Assembly (NCBI RefSeq): GCF_000009705.1
Contig: NC_003272.1
Span: 2,910,001 to 2,942,000 of the forward strand
DNA length: 32,000 nt
Direction of reading: 5' to 3'
Source: Nostoc sp. PCC 7120 = FACHB-418
Lineage (GTDB): Bacteria > Cyanobacteriota > Cyanobacteriia > Cyanobacteriales > Nostocaceae
Shown: positions 15,532 to 24,010 of the stretch, piece by piece
Position numbering within the stretch: position 1 is the stretch's first letter
Layout of the letters: each line of letters opens with the position of its first letter
Made by a program: the position numbers and the translations under genes
The notes under the pieces: generated by a model
Seen by the model: the letters and a program-made list of their open reading frames with translations, nothing else
Database searches by the model: none
Told to the model about the DNA's origin: nothing

Positions 15532-17337
15532 ATGCCAATTGATTTGTCGCCGCTTTGGATATCACTCAAAACGTCCTTACTTGCCACATTCATCACCTTC
15601 TTTTTAGGGATTGCTGCTGCTTATTGGATGTTGAGTTATCGAGGTAAAGGCAAATCTTTGATTGAGGGTATCTTTGTAGCTCCCTTGATTTTACCTCCTA
15701 CGGTTGTCGGTTTTCTGCTACTGCTGTTTTTCGGGAAAAACGGCCCTATAGGGAAACTGATGGAGCCTTTTGATATCAGTATAGTTTTTACATGGTATGG
15801 GGCGGCGATCGCTGCGACAATTGTCTCTTTCCCGCTCATGTATAAAACCTCACTGGGAGCCTTTACCCAGATTGACGGTAATTTACTGCGGGTAGCGAGA
15901 ACCTTGGGGGCTAGTGAATCTACTATCTTTTGGCGTATCAGTTTACCTTTGGCATTCCCTGGTATTGTAGCCGCGACAATGTTATCCTTTGCCCGTGCTT
16001 TGGGCGAATTTGGTGCAACTTTAATGTTGGCTGGGAATATCCCTGGACAAACCCAGACAATCCCAATGGCAATTTATTTTGCCGTGGAAGCCGGGGCGAC
16101 GGACGAAGCGTGGTTTTGGGCAATGATGATTATGGTGATTTCCCTATCGGGGATTTTTGCTGTAAATTTTTGGCAAGAGGTGAGGGATAAGAAGGGACGA
16201 GGGGGACAAGTAAGACAGACAAAAGGACAAGGGAGTGAGGTAGTTTTATTGTCTGCGCCTGCTTCTCAAGTGGAAATGTTGGTAGATATAGAAAAACATC
16301 TGCCGAGTTTTCATTTAAAAGTTGCTTTCACCACCGATGAGCAACCTTTGGGGTTGTTGGGGGGTTCAGGTGCAGGTAAGAGTATGATTCTGCGGTGTAT
16401 TGCGGGGATTGAAACACCTACCAGAGGGCGGATAGTTTTGAATGGTAGGGTATTATTTGATTCCGAACAGGGAATTAATTTGCCTAGCCGCGATCGCCGC
16501 ATCGGTTTTTTAGTCCAAAATTACGCCCTGTTTCCCCACATGACAGTGGCGCAAAATATTGCTTTCGGCTTACCCAAAAAACTATCAGACAACAGTATGC
16601 GGGTGCAGGTAGAAGAACAACTGATCGCCATGCAGTTACAAGGATTAGGCGATCGCTATCCCCACCAACTTTCTGGAGGACAACAACAACGGGTAGCCTT
16701 AGCTAGGGCTTTAGCCAGTCAACCAGAGGCGTTGCTCCTAGATGAGCCATTTTCTGCCCTTGATACCCATCTGCGGAGTCAACTAGAACAGCAAATGACA
16801 GAAACCCTCACAAACTACCAAGGTGTGTCTTTGTTTGTCACCCATAACATGGAAGAAGCTTACCGGATTTGTCCCAATCTTTTAGTGTTGGAGGATGGTA
16901 GCCCAGTACATTATGGTTCTAAATATGAAATTTTTGAGCATCCCGCTACTGTGAGTGTGGCTCAAATTACTGGCTGTAAAAACTTCTCCAGTGCTGTTGT
17001 TCAGTCAGCGCAACAAGTAGAAGCAATAGATTGGGGTTGTCATCTCAAAGTGATTGCACCAATTCCCAACGAATTATCTCACATCGGTATCCGCGCCCAT
17101 CAAATCACCTTTACCAATGACCCCAACCAAGAAAACACCTTCCCCTGCTGGTTAGTACGGACAAGTGAAACCCCCCATCGCATCACATTATTTTTAAAAC
17201 TCCATTCCCCAGCCAACAGCCCACAAGATTATCACCTACAAGCAGAAGTCTTCAAGGAAAAATGGCTGACTATCAAAGAAAAACCATTTCCTTGGTATGT
17301 GCATTTAGATCCTCTACGCCTAATTCTGATGAACTAA
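15532..17337 (+). CDS. modBC: Molybdate ABC transporter, fused permease and ATPase (ModB-ModC)
   Basis: The N-terminal ~220 aa are polytopic membrane protein with an EAA-like loop (ARTLGASESTIFWRISLPLAFPG). After a Gly/Lys/Gln linker come Walker A GGSGAGKS, the signature LSGGQQQRVALARAL, Walker B LLLDEPFSALD, and a TOBE-like C-terminal domain. A fused modBC is described for Anabaena variabilis. Confidence 0.8.
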   Translation: MPIDLSPLWISLKTSLLATFITFFLGIAAAYWMLSYRGKGKSLIEGIFVAPLILPPTVVGFLLLLFFGKNGPIGKLMEPFDISIVFTWYGAAIAATIVSFPLMYKTSLGAFTQIDGNLLRVARTLGASESTIFWRISLPLAFPGIVAATMLSFARALGEFGATLMLAGNIPGQTQTIPMAIYFAVEAGATDEAWFWAMMIMVISLSGIFAVNFWQEVRDKKGRGGQVRQTKGQGSEVVLLSAPASQVEMLVDIEKHLPSFHLKVAFTTDEQPLGLLGGSGAGKSMILRCIAGIETPTRGRIVLNGRVLFDSEQGINLPSRDRRIGFLVQNYALFPHMTVAQNIAFGLPKKLSDNSMRVQVEEQLIAMQLQGLGDRYPHQLSGGQQQRVALARALASQPEALLLDEPFSALDTHLRSQLEQQMTETLTNYQGVSLFVTHNMEEAYRICPNLLVLEDGSPVHYGSKYEIFEHPATVSVAQITGCKNFSSAVVQSAQQVEAIDWGCHLKVIAPIPNELSHIGIRAHQITFTNDPNQENTFPCWLVRTSETPHRITLFLKLHSPANSPQDYHLQAEVFKEKWLTIKEKPFPWYVHLDPLRLILMN

Positions 17338-17397
17338 CATAAATATAACAGCGTCAATACTTAAACTCTTGTACTCAAGACTTTAGTCCTAAAAAAA

Positions 17398-17446
17398 GAC
17401 TCCGCGCCCCTCTGCGCTTTCCTCCGCGCCTCTCTGCGTTTAAAAG
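17398..17446. repeat. Dispersed CTCCGC..CCTCTGCG-type repeat, copy A
   Basis: GACTCCGCGCCCCTCTGCGCTTTCCTCCGCGCCTCTCTGCGTTTAAAAG. It resembles the copy at 19063-19110 in the same orientation. Confidence 0.7.
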
Positions 17447-17591
17447 TACATTTTCCAGCCATCTTCAGTAAAAAATTTATTACCTACTCCCACAACAACA
17501 AAGCACAGACAATCTAATTTTGCAGTTCACCAACAACTGTTGTTTGTAATTCAGTGTTTCAATATGAAAGCCGTAAATTACAAAGAATGGT

Positions 17592-18785
17592 ATGCCACAG
17601 AAATCAGCTGCGTTGAAGTTTGTCATCTTATTGGGTTTCGTGAGCCTCTGTGCCGATGCGACCTATGAAGGGGCGCGCAGTATCACAGGGGCTTATTTAC
17701 AGGTTTTGGGTGCTAGCGGCACTGTGGTAGGCTTAGTAGCTGGTTTTGGTGAATTGATTGGCTATGGATTGCGCCTAGTGATTGGTTATCTCAGCGACCA
17801 GTCACGCAAATATTGGGGAATTACAACTCTAGGTTACATCTTAAACACTGCCGTTGTACCATTGTTAGCCTTTACTGGCAGATGGGAAGCAGCCGCAGGT
17901 TTGATGATGGCTGAACGTACTGGTAAGGCTGTGCGTACTCCCCCACGAGATGCGCTGCTTTCCCACGGTGTGAGTCAAATTGGCAGAGGCTTTGGCTTTG
18001 GTTTACATGAAGCAATGGATCAGACCGGTGCAGTCATGGGACCTTTGGCTGTGGCTGCAATGGTCTATTTCCAGGGAGAGTATCGTCACGCCTTCACAAT
18101 TTTGATTGTACCTGCGGTCTTAGGATTGGTGGTGTTGTTAGTATTACAATTTCTTTATCCCAACCCCAGTGATTTTGAAGAGGAAACAGAGGAACAAAAG
18201 CAACAAGAAGGATTACCGCGCATATTTTGGATTTATCTAGGTGCAGTAGCTGTTATTGCCGCCGGATATGCAGATTTTCCCCTAATTGCCTTCCATTTTC
18301 AAAAATCAGGCATTGCTACAGGGGAGACAATACCTCTGTTTTACGCCTTAGCGATGGGTGTAGATGCGATCGCTGCTTTAATATTTGGCTACGTATTTGA
18401 CCGATTAGGCATTTCTATCTTAATCATCGCCGCTTTTATCTCATGTTTATTTGCCCCACTGGTATTTTTAGGTGATACCAATCTGGCACTTTTAGGCATA
18501 GCATTTTGGGGTATTGGTATGGGAGCGCAAGAATCCATTTTAAAAGCGGCGATCGCCGGCATGGTTCCCAAGCATAAACGCGCCACCGCCTACGGCATTT
18601 TCAGCACTGGCTACGGTCTATCCTGGTTCTTAGGCAGCGCTCTCATGGGGATTCTCTACGATCATTCCATCACTACATTGATCGTCTTCTCCTCTGCAAC
18701 CCAGCTTTTAGCAATTCCCTTCTTCGTTTGGGTAAAACTAAAAGCCGATGATTCACCCCAAACAATTACAAATCAAGCGTCTTGA
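17592..18785 (+). CDS. MFS-type transporter (397 aa, about 12 hydrophobic segments)
   Basis: ORF track. Hydrophobic helices are arranged in two halves separated by an acidic loop (DFEEETEEQKQQEG). The motif-A-like GYLSDQSRKYWG follows the second helix. Confidence 0.7.
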   Translation: MPQKSAALKFVILLGFVSLCADATYEGARSITGAYLQVLGASGTVVGLVAGFGELIGYGLRLVIGYLSDQSRKYWGITTLGYILNTAVVPLLAFTGRWEAAAGLMMAERTGKAVRTPPRDALLSHGVSQIGRGFGFGLHEAMDQTGAVMGPLAVAAMVYFQGEYRHAFTILIVPAVLGLVVLLVLQFLYPNPSDFEEETEEQKQQEGLPRIFWIYLGAVAVIAAGYADFPLIAFHFQKSGIATGETIPLFYALAMGVDAIAALIFGYVFDRLGISILIIAAFISCLFAPLVFLGDTNLALLGIAFWGIGMGAQESILKAAIAGMVPKHKRATAYGIFSTGYGLSWFLGSALMGILYDHSITTLIVFSSATQLLAIPFFVWVKLKADDSPQTITNQAS

Positions 18786-18846
18786 GGATTGGGGACTGGG
18801 GATTGGGTTAAAAACCCTTACACCCTTACACCCCTACACCCTTACG
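18786..18846. repeat. STRR1-type heptamers (GGATTGG GGACTGG GGATTGG) followed by four octamers (CCCTTACA x2, CCCCTACA, CCCTTACG)
   Basis: Read directly. It starts immediately after the MFS stop (18783-18785) and overlaps the 3' end of the small minus-strand ORF. Confidence 0.9.
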
Positions 18847-19035
18847 CATTTCTTCTCTAGCACGACGAGCCGCAGCAACCAGGTTGGCTTGTGTCTTCTG
18901 AAACGATTGTTCCCATCGTGCTTCATCTTGTAAATCGCTAATATACTCTCGAAAATGTTCTACAACTTGCGCCTGAATCTCTACAGGTAGAGACTCCATC
19001 ATTTTGATAACTGTTGTAATTGCGGTGGATGACAT
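18826..19035 (-). CDS. Small antitoxin-like protein (69 aa) whose C-terminus runs into the octamer repeat; no partner gene
   Basis: ORF track. MESLPVEIQAQVVEHFREYISDLQDEARWEQSFQKTQANLVAAARRAREEMRKG resembles small cyanobacterial addiction-module antitoxin-like proteins as I recall them. The last residues, VGV-stop, are encoded by the CCCTTACA repeat. Confidence 0.4.
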   Translation of the reverse strand: MSSTAITTVIKMMESLPVEIQAQVVEHFREYISDLQDEARWEQSFQKTQANLVAAARRAREEMRKGVGV

Positions 19036-19062
19036 TGCATAACTCCAACTTTCAAACTCTTA

Positions 19063-19110
19063 CCCTCCGCATACCTCTGCGCTAACCTCTGCCCCCTCTG
19101 CGTTAAAAAT
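19063..19110. repeat. Dispersed CTCCGC..CCTCTGCG-type repeat, copy B
   Basis: CCCTCCGCATACCTCTGCGCTAACCTCTGCCCCCTCTGCGTTAAAAAT. Roughly 75-80 percent similar to 17398-17446 by eye. Confidence 0.7.
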
Positions 19111-19147
19111 AAGATACCCGCATTCTCAAAAATCCAGGTATCTTATT
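19108..19147 (-). terminator. Probable rho-independent terminator of aspS
   Basis: An 11-bp perfect stem AATAAGATACC (19108-19118) / GGTATCTTATT (19137-19147) with an 18-nt loop. On the minus-strand transcript it starts 9 nt after the aspS stop and is followed by a U-rich run. Confidence 0.55.
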
Positions 19148-19155
19148 TCTCATCC

Positions 19156-20943
19156 CTAAGACTTCGGCTTATAAGTCGAAGCAACGTGTAATTCCTTCAA
19201 CTGCTTGACATCTACCCCAGAAGGTGCATCTGTCAACAAACAACGTGCTTGCTGTGTCTTCGGAAAAGCAATAACATCTCGAATTGATTCTTCGCCAGCA
19301 AATAACATCACCAACCGATCTAAACCGTAGGCGATACCACCATGCGGCGGTGTACCATATTCAAATGCTTCTAACAAAAAGCCAAATTTATTTTGTGCTT
19401 CTTCCGGGGATAAACCAATGGTTTCAAACACTTGTTCTTGGACTTCCCGTTGATAAATCCGCCGACTACCGCCACCCACTTCAAAACCATTGAATACTAA
19501 ATCATAGGCTTGAGCGCGGGCTGTTTTTAAGTCATGCAAATCATCAGGGTGGGGTGCGGTAAATGGGTGGTGTAGTGCTTCTAGGCGCTTCTCATCTGCA
19601 TTCCACTCAAACATGGGGAAATCAACAACCCAAAGCAAGTTGATTTTATCTGGATCAATTAAACCAAATTCTTTGGCGATCGCCTGCCGCAATCTATCCA
19701 AGGTTTTATTCACGGTAACTGCATCACCAGCACCAAACAATAACAGATGTCCGGGTTTTGCACCTGTGCGCTGCAAGATTTCCTGTTTCTGTTCTTCTGA
19801 AAGGTTATCTTTAATCGCGCCGATGGTGTCAATTTCACCATCTTCACGCACCCGGATATAAGCTAAACCTTTTGCACCGGCTTCGCTGGCTTCTCTAAAT
19901 AAATCCCCACCTGGTTTAATCCGCACATTAGAGATTTGCTCGTTACCATTGGGTATGGGCAGAATTTTGACGATACCACCATTGGCGACAGCATCCCGAA
20001 AGACTTTGAAACCAGAGTCTTTCATGACATCGGAAACGTTAACTAGTTGTAAATCGTAGCGGGTATCTGGTTTATCACAACCGTAGCGTTCCATTGCTTC
20101 GGCGTAGGTGAGACGGGGGAACGGAAGCGGTAACTCAACCCCTTTAACGGTTTTGAAGATATAACTAACTAACTTTTCGTTAAGTTCAATAATTTCCTCC
20201 TCAGACATGAAACTCATTTCCATGTCTAACTGAGTAAATTCTGGCTGTCTATCTGCACGTAAGTCCTCATCACGGAAGCATCGAGCGATTTGATAATATC
20301 TATCTAACCCAGATACCATGAGGATCTGTTTGAATAGTTGTGGTGATTGGGGTAAAGCAAACCATTCCCCAGGATTGACGCGGCTAGGTAGCACATAATC
20401 CCGCGCGCCTTCGGGGGTGGAACGGGTGAGGATTGGGGTTTCCACTTCGATGAAACCTTCTACGTCTTCCAAATAACGACGCATCGCTTTCACCACTTGA
20501 TGACGTAGTTGTATGTTACGCGCCATGCGATCGCGCCGCAAGTCCAAGTAACGATATTTTAGCCGCAAGTCTTCCCTAACTGTCTCAGTGTCGGCGGTAG
20601 AAACTTGGAATGGTAACTGTTTCCGCACCCCATTGAGTAGTTCAATTTTATCAGCGTAGATTTCCACTTCCCCAGTCGGGATGCGGGTATTCAGTGATTC
20701 TTCTGGACGTTGTGTTACCCTACCAGTAATTTCCACAACGTATTCATTACGTAGAGAGTTAGCCAGTTCGTAGGAATCTGGGGTGCGTTGCGGATCGCTG
20801 ACAACTTGGACAATGCCAGAGCGATCGCGTAAATCCAAGAATATCACGCCCCCATGATCGCGGCGACGGTCTACCCATCCATATAAGGTAACAGTTTCTC
20901 CAATATCCTTTTGTCGGAGTTCGCCGCAATAGTGAGTTCGCAT
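19156..20943 (-). CDS. aspS: Aspartate--tRNA ligase
   Basis: The ORF track entry extends to 21000, but the canonical N-terminus [10 protein letters not shown] starts at the ATG complementary to 20941-20943. Class II motifs are present ([36 protein letters not shown]). Confidence 0.9.
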   Translation of the reverse strand: MRTHYCGELRQKDIGETVTLYGWVDRRRDHGGVIFLDLRDRSGIVQVVSDPQRTPDSYELANSLRNEYVVEITGRVTQRPEESLNTRIPTGEVEIYADKIELLNGVRKQLPFQVSTADTETVREDLRLKYRYLDLRRDRMARNIQLRHQVVKAMRRYLEDVEGFIEVETPILTRSTPEGARDYVLPSRVNPGEWFALPQSPQLFKQILMVSGLDRYYQIARCFRDEDLRADRQPEFTQLDMEMSFMSEEEIIELNEKLVSYIFKTVKGVELPLPFPRLTYAEAMERYGCDKPDTRYDLQLVNVSDVMKDSGFKVFRDAVANGGIVKILPIPNGNEQISNVRIKPGGDLFREASEAGAKGLAYIRVREDGEIDTIGAIKDNLSEEQKQEILQRTGAKPGHLLLFGAGDAVTVNKTLDRLRQAIAKEFGLIDPDKINLLWVVDFPMFEWNADEKRLEALHHPFTAPHPDDLHDLKTARAQAYDLVFNGFEVGGGSRRIYQREVQEQVFETIGLSPEEAQNKFGFLLEAFEYGTPPHGGIAYGLDRLVMLFAGEESIRDVIAFPKTQQARCLLTDAPSGVDVKQLKELHVASTYKPKS

Positions 20944-21104
20944 AGTTGTTAATCTGTTCTTCCGGGCTAGATTTGCTAGTGAATGCCAAAGCCTTCCCAT
21001 TATCTAGCATCAATCGTATCTAATTGAAGAACAGTTGGCATAATCTCATTGCGCGACATTCTAGAACCTCAGTACACCCTTAGTATATTTTTACCAGAAA
21101 CCCT

Positions 21105-21299
21105 CTACATACCCACAAACTCTAATACTTCAGCTTGTTCTTGTTCAACTTTTACGCAAAGTTCGATAGTTTCTTTCATACGCTCCATTAGTTCGTCTAA
21201 AGATTTAGCTTGGGTGTGACATCCCGCCAAACTAGATACAGACGCGACAAAATAGCCATCAGAGTCCCGTTCCATAACCACGTTAAATTCTCTTGTCAT
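21105..21299 (-). CDS. hicB: HicB-family (UPF0150 fold) antitoxin-like protein, 64 aa, with no DNA-binding extension and no adjacent HicA
   Basis: MTREFNVVMERDSDGYFVASVSSLAGCHTQAKSLDELMERMKETIELC matches the HicB N-terminal domain pattern (...dgGyvasvPsLpGC.tqGdTleEal.n.kEai...). Confidence 0.7.
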   Translation of the reverse strand: MTREFNVVMERDSDGYFVASVSSLAGCHTQAKSLDELMERMKETIELCVKVEQEQAEVLEFVGM

Positions 21300-21348
21300 C
21301 GGGAAATTATTGTTTAATTAAATGATGAGCGATGGCGATACTTTTTCG

Positions 21349-21945
21349 CTATGCCATCGCCTGTTCATTTTCCGTTGCTTCTGCGGCAAACTCAACTTGT
21401 CGGTACAAATCAGCGATCGCTATTTCTACGTTCACCGATTCTAGTAGCAATTTCTCACCCAAATTATATTCCGAGAGTACCCATTTCCCCTGTTCATTGC
21501 GCCGAAATACTTCCACACCTGGCTGTGCTACTTGTACTAGGACATATTCTTGCAAGGTTGGAGATTGGCGATATGCAGCAAACTTTTTCCCCCGATCAGC
21601 TGCTTCCGTTGAAGGTGATAACACTTCGATAATCAAACTGGGAAATTTTACCCATTGTGGATCATGATCGCGATCGTCGCAAGTCACCACCACATCAGGA
21701 TAAAAATACTTCCGCCCCGGTTCTACCTGCACCTTCACATCTACAATGTATACTTCACAGGATCTATCTGCTAGGGCATCATCTAGGAGTTTGAAAAAAT
21801 TTCCGGAAACCCGATTATGGTTGCGTGTACCACCAGTCATGGCGACAACTTCACCATCCCAATACTCGTAACGTAACTCTTGGGTGGGTTCCCAAATTAG
21901 ATATTCCTCGGCGCTCATGAAAATGCTATCGGGTAAAGCAACCAT
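21349..21945 (-). CDS. Uma2 family (DUF820) PD-(D/E)xK-type endonuclease
   Basis: EEYLIWEPTQELRYEYWDGEVVAMTGGTRNHNRVSGNF ... YFYPDVVVTCD ... PSLIIEVLSPSTEAADRGKKFAAYRQSPTLQEYVLV is the characteristic Uma2 pattern, including the D...E-V-L-S...K catalytic-type residues. Confidence 0.8.
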   Translation of the reverse strand: MVALPDSIFMSAEEYLIWEPTQELRYEYWDGEVVAMTGGTRNHNRVSGNFFKLLDDALADRSCEVYIVDVKVQVEPGRKYFYPDVVVTCDDRDHDPQWVKFPSLIIEVLSPSTEAADRGKKFAAYRQSPTLQEYVLVQVAQPGVEVFRRNEQGKWVLSEYNLGEKLLLESVNVEIAIADLYRQVEFAAEATENEQAMA

Positions 21946-22096
21946 CGTTCAATCGTGTAATGATTTACTTTTCTAAGATAACGAAAAAAGGGCTTTCTCT
22001 TTTGAAGACTTGGAACGATAGCATTACAACCAATTACTTTTTCAAAATTACGCTGTCTCTAGCAACTGAAGTCGCGGTTACACAGACAATTTTTAA

Positions 22097-22576
22097 TTAT
22101 CTAAATCTATCAATATCAGCAAGAAATGCTTTTAATGCTTTTAACTTCTGAGCAATCACATCATTATCATGGCTCGTTATCTCAAAAGATGAGTAAGAAT
22201 TATAGCGTTCAGAATAAAAAGGATAACGTAAATTATTGTGTAACCAGTTAAATTTTATTTCCCCAACAACATATTCACGTAACTGATTTTTAACTTGCTC
22301 TCTAATAACTGTATTGCCGCTTATAACTTCAATTAAGAAATCCAAAGCATCTTCAATAGAATGGGTTCTTTCTCTTTTTCTAAAGTATGGATTTTTAGCG
22401 TCAACAAAAGTAAATATTTTTGCTCGTACATATTTCTCCATCGCTTGGATAAGAAAATAAATTGAGTGTCTATGTTCGCCTTGTTCTTGAAGTAAAAGTC
22501 CGACTTTTTCATCTTCGCGTGCTAATTTCTCATATTCCTGAGAAACATTAACATTGTGATTAAGTTTTCCAATCAT
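22097..22576 (-). CDS. HEPN domain protein, stand-alone, AT-rich gene
   Basis: ORF track 22097..22615; I favour the internal ATG at 22576 (MIGKLNH...). The N-terminal helix pair AREDEKVGLLLQEQGEHRHSIYFLIQAMEKYVRAKIF and the R-x(4-6)-H-type motif RKRERTHSIEDALDF fit HEPN. G+C is about one third by hand count. Confidence 0.65.
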   Translation of the reverse strand: MIGKLNHNVNVSQEYEKLAREDEKVGLLLQEQGEHRHSIYFLIQAMEKYVRAKIFTFVDAKNPYFRKRERTHSIEDALDFLIEVISGNTVIREQVKNQLREYVVGEIKFNWLHNNLRYPFYSERYNSYSSFEITSHDNDVIAQKLKALKAFLADIDRFR

Positions 22577-22938
22577 GTTATAGTTAAAAAATAGGTAGAT
22601 ACATACTGATATCATTCCCTATGCCAAGTTCAAGATAACAATTAATAAAGCATAATTATCCTTGATGTAATCGTAAATAAGAATCTGTTTTTTCAGTCTC
22701 TTCCTTGATTGGATCATCTTGTTTAGCGATCGCTTTTGATATAATTTTTTGTGAAAATTTATTCAAGTCCTAATTACCCAGCAAGAATTTCCGGTGAAAA
22801 AACTCATCAGGGTGGATAATAAAGCATAATTAACCTTTATAGCTTTGAGCGATGCCTAACGGCAAGCCGCAAAACGGCTACGCCATAAACCAAAATGGTT
22901 CATACTCAAGGCTTGTGATTCAACTTAACTAATTGACT

Positions 22939-23943
22939 ATGAGTACAGCAAATATTACGCCAGCTATACGTATCGGAGTATTAGGTTTCGGTGGACTCGG
23001 ACAAGCAGCCGCCAAGGTACTAGCTGGTAAAAGGGAGATGAAATTGGTAGCCGTGGCAGACCAAAAAGGCTATGCTTATGCTGCGGCAGGTTTAAATTTT
23101 AAAGATTGCATTGTTACCTACCAGTCTCAAGGTTCGGTGGGTTATTTAGAACCAGTAGGTAGTTTAGGCAACAACAGTATTCAAGATTTAATCGATAGCA
23201 GTCAACCTGTAGATGGGTATTTTCTAGCTTTGCCCAACCTACCTAATGACTTCATTCCTTCCGTAGCCAGACAGTTTATTCAATCTGGCTGGCGTGGTGT
23301 ATTGGTAGATGCTATTAAGCGTACCAGTGCAGTAGAACAGCTCATTGCCATGAAAGACGAACTACAAGCGGCTGGTATTACCTACATGACAGGCTGTGGT
23401 GCAACACCGGGACTATTAACCGCCGCCGCCGCTTTAGCAGCCCAAAGCTACGCCGAAATTCATCAGGTAGAGATTACCTTTGGTGTTGGTATTGCCAACT
23501 GGGAAGCTTACCGCGCTACAGTGCGGGAAGATATTGGTCATATGCCTGGTTATACAGTAGAAGTTGCTAGAGCAATGACTGATGCAGAAGTAGAAGCATT
23601 ACTAGACAAAACCAATGGCGTACTGACCTTGAAGAACATGGAACACGCCGATGATGTAATGTTAGAGCTAGCAGGGATAGTAGAGCGCGATCGCGTGACT
23701 GTGGGTGGTGTAGTAGATACCCGCAATCCCAAAAAGCCCCTCAGCACTAATGTTAAGGTTACAGGACGTACCTTTGAAGGCAAGATTTCCACCCATACCT
23801 TCACCTTAGGAGATGAAACCAGCATGGCAGCTAATGTCTGCGGTCCCGCTTTTGGTTATCTCAAAGCTGGTATGCAATTGCATCAACGCGGCATTCATGG
23901 CATATTTACGGCTGCTGAAATCATGCCCCAGTTTGTGAAGTAA
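22939..23943 (+). CDS. NAD(P)-binding Rossmann-fold oxidoreductase, family not resolved (saccharopine or diaminopimelate dehydrogenase-like)
   Basis: The ORF track entry opens at a TTG at 22933; the first ATG is 22939. The N-terminal [19 protein letters not shown] is a GxGxxG dinucleotide-binding motif. I cannot assign a specific product. Confidence 0.55.
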   Translation: MSTANITPAIRIGVLGFGGLGQAAAKVLAGKREMKLVAVADQKGYAYAAAGLNFKDCIVTYQSQGSVGYLEPVGSLGNNSIQDLIDSSQPVDGYFLALPNLPNDFIPSVARQFIQSGWRGVLVDAIKRTSAVEQLIAMKDELQAAGITYMTGCGATPGLLTAAAALAAQSYAEIHQVEITFGVGIANWEAYRATVREDIGHMPGYTVEVARAMTDAEVEALLDKTNGVLTLKNMEHADDVMLELAGIVERDRVTVGGVVDTRNPKKPLSTNVKVTGRTFEGKISTHTFTLGDETSMAANVCGPAFGYLKAGMQLHQRGIHGIFTAAEIMPQFVK

Positions 23944-24010
23944 AAGCTTAGAGGTTAAAGTTGAGAGCCTAGACAAATGGATTCCTGTCAAGAATTCAAT
24001 ACTTAAATTG

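Noticed and set aside
20944-21013. N-terminal extension of aspS ([19 protein letters not shown]) and the overlapping 84-aa ORF 20759..21013
   Set aside because: AspRS proteins canonically begin MRTHYCG..., which here is the internal ATG at 20943. The extension has no conserved character, and the overlapping ORF is out of frame within aspS.
21001-21104. Searched for a HicA toxin remnant downstream of hicB
   Set aside because: The only ORF is 19 codons ([19 protein letters not shown]), which does not resemble HicA. The region more likely holds the aspS promoter (a TATACT -10-like hexamer is present on the minus strand).
21332-21667. Plus-strand ORFs of 111 and 93 aa antisense to the Uma2 gene
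   Set aside because: The minus-strand frame has clear Uma2 family motifs, while the plus-strand translations are Ser/Cys/Pro-rich with no recognisable features.
21960-22151. 63-aa plus-strand ORF in the AT-rich region between Uma2 and HEPN
   Set aside because: It overlaps the 3' end of the HEPN gene. It is an AT-rich, low-complexity translation with no start context or motif, so it is probably spurious.
22619-22717. 32-codon minus-strand ORF ending 3 nt before the longest HEPN frame, a possible partner or antitoxin
   Set aside because: It is too short and too AT-rich to separate from chance, with no recognisable motif or ribosome-binding site. It is mentioned only as context in the HEPN islet finding.
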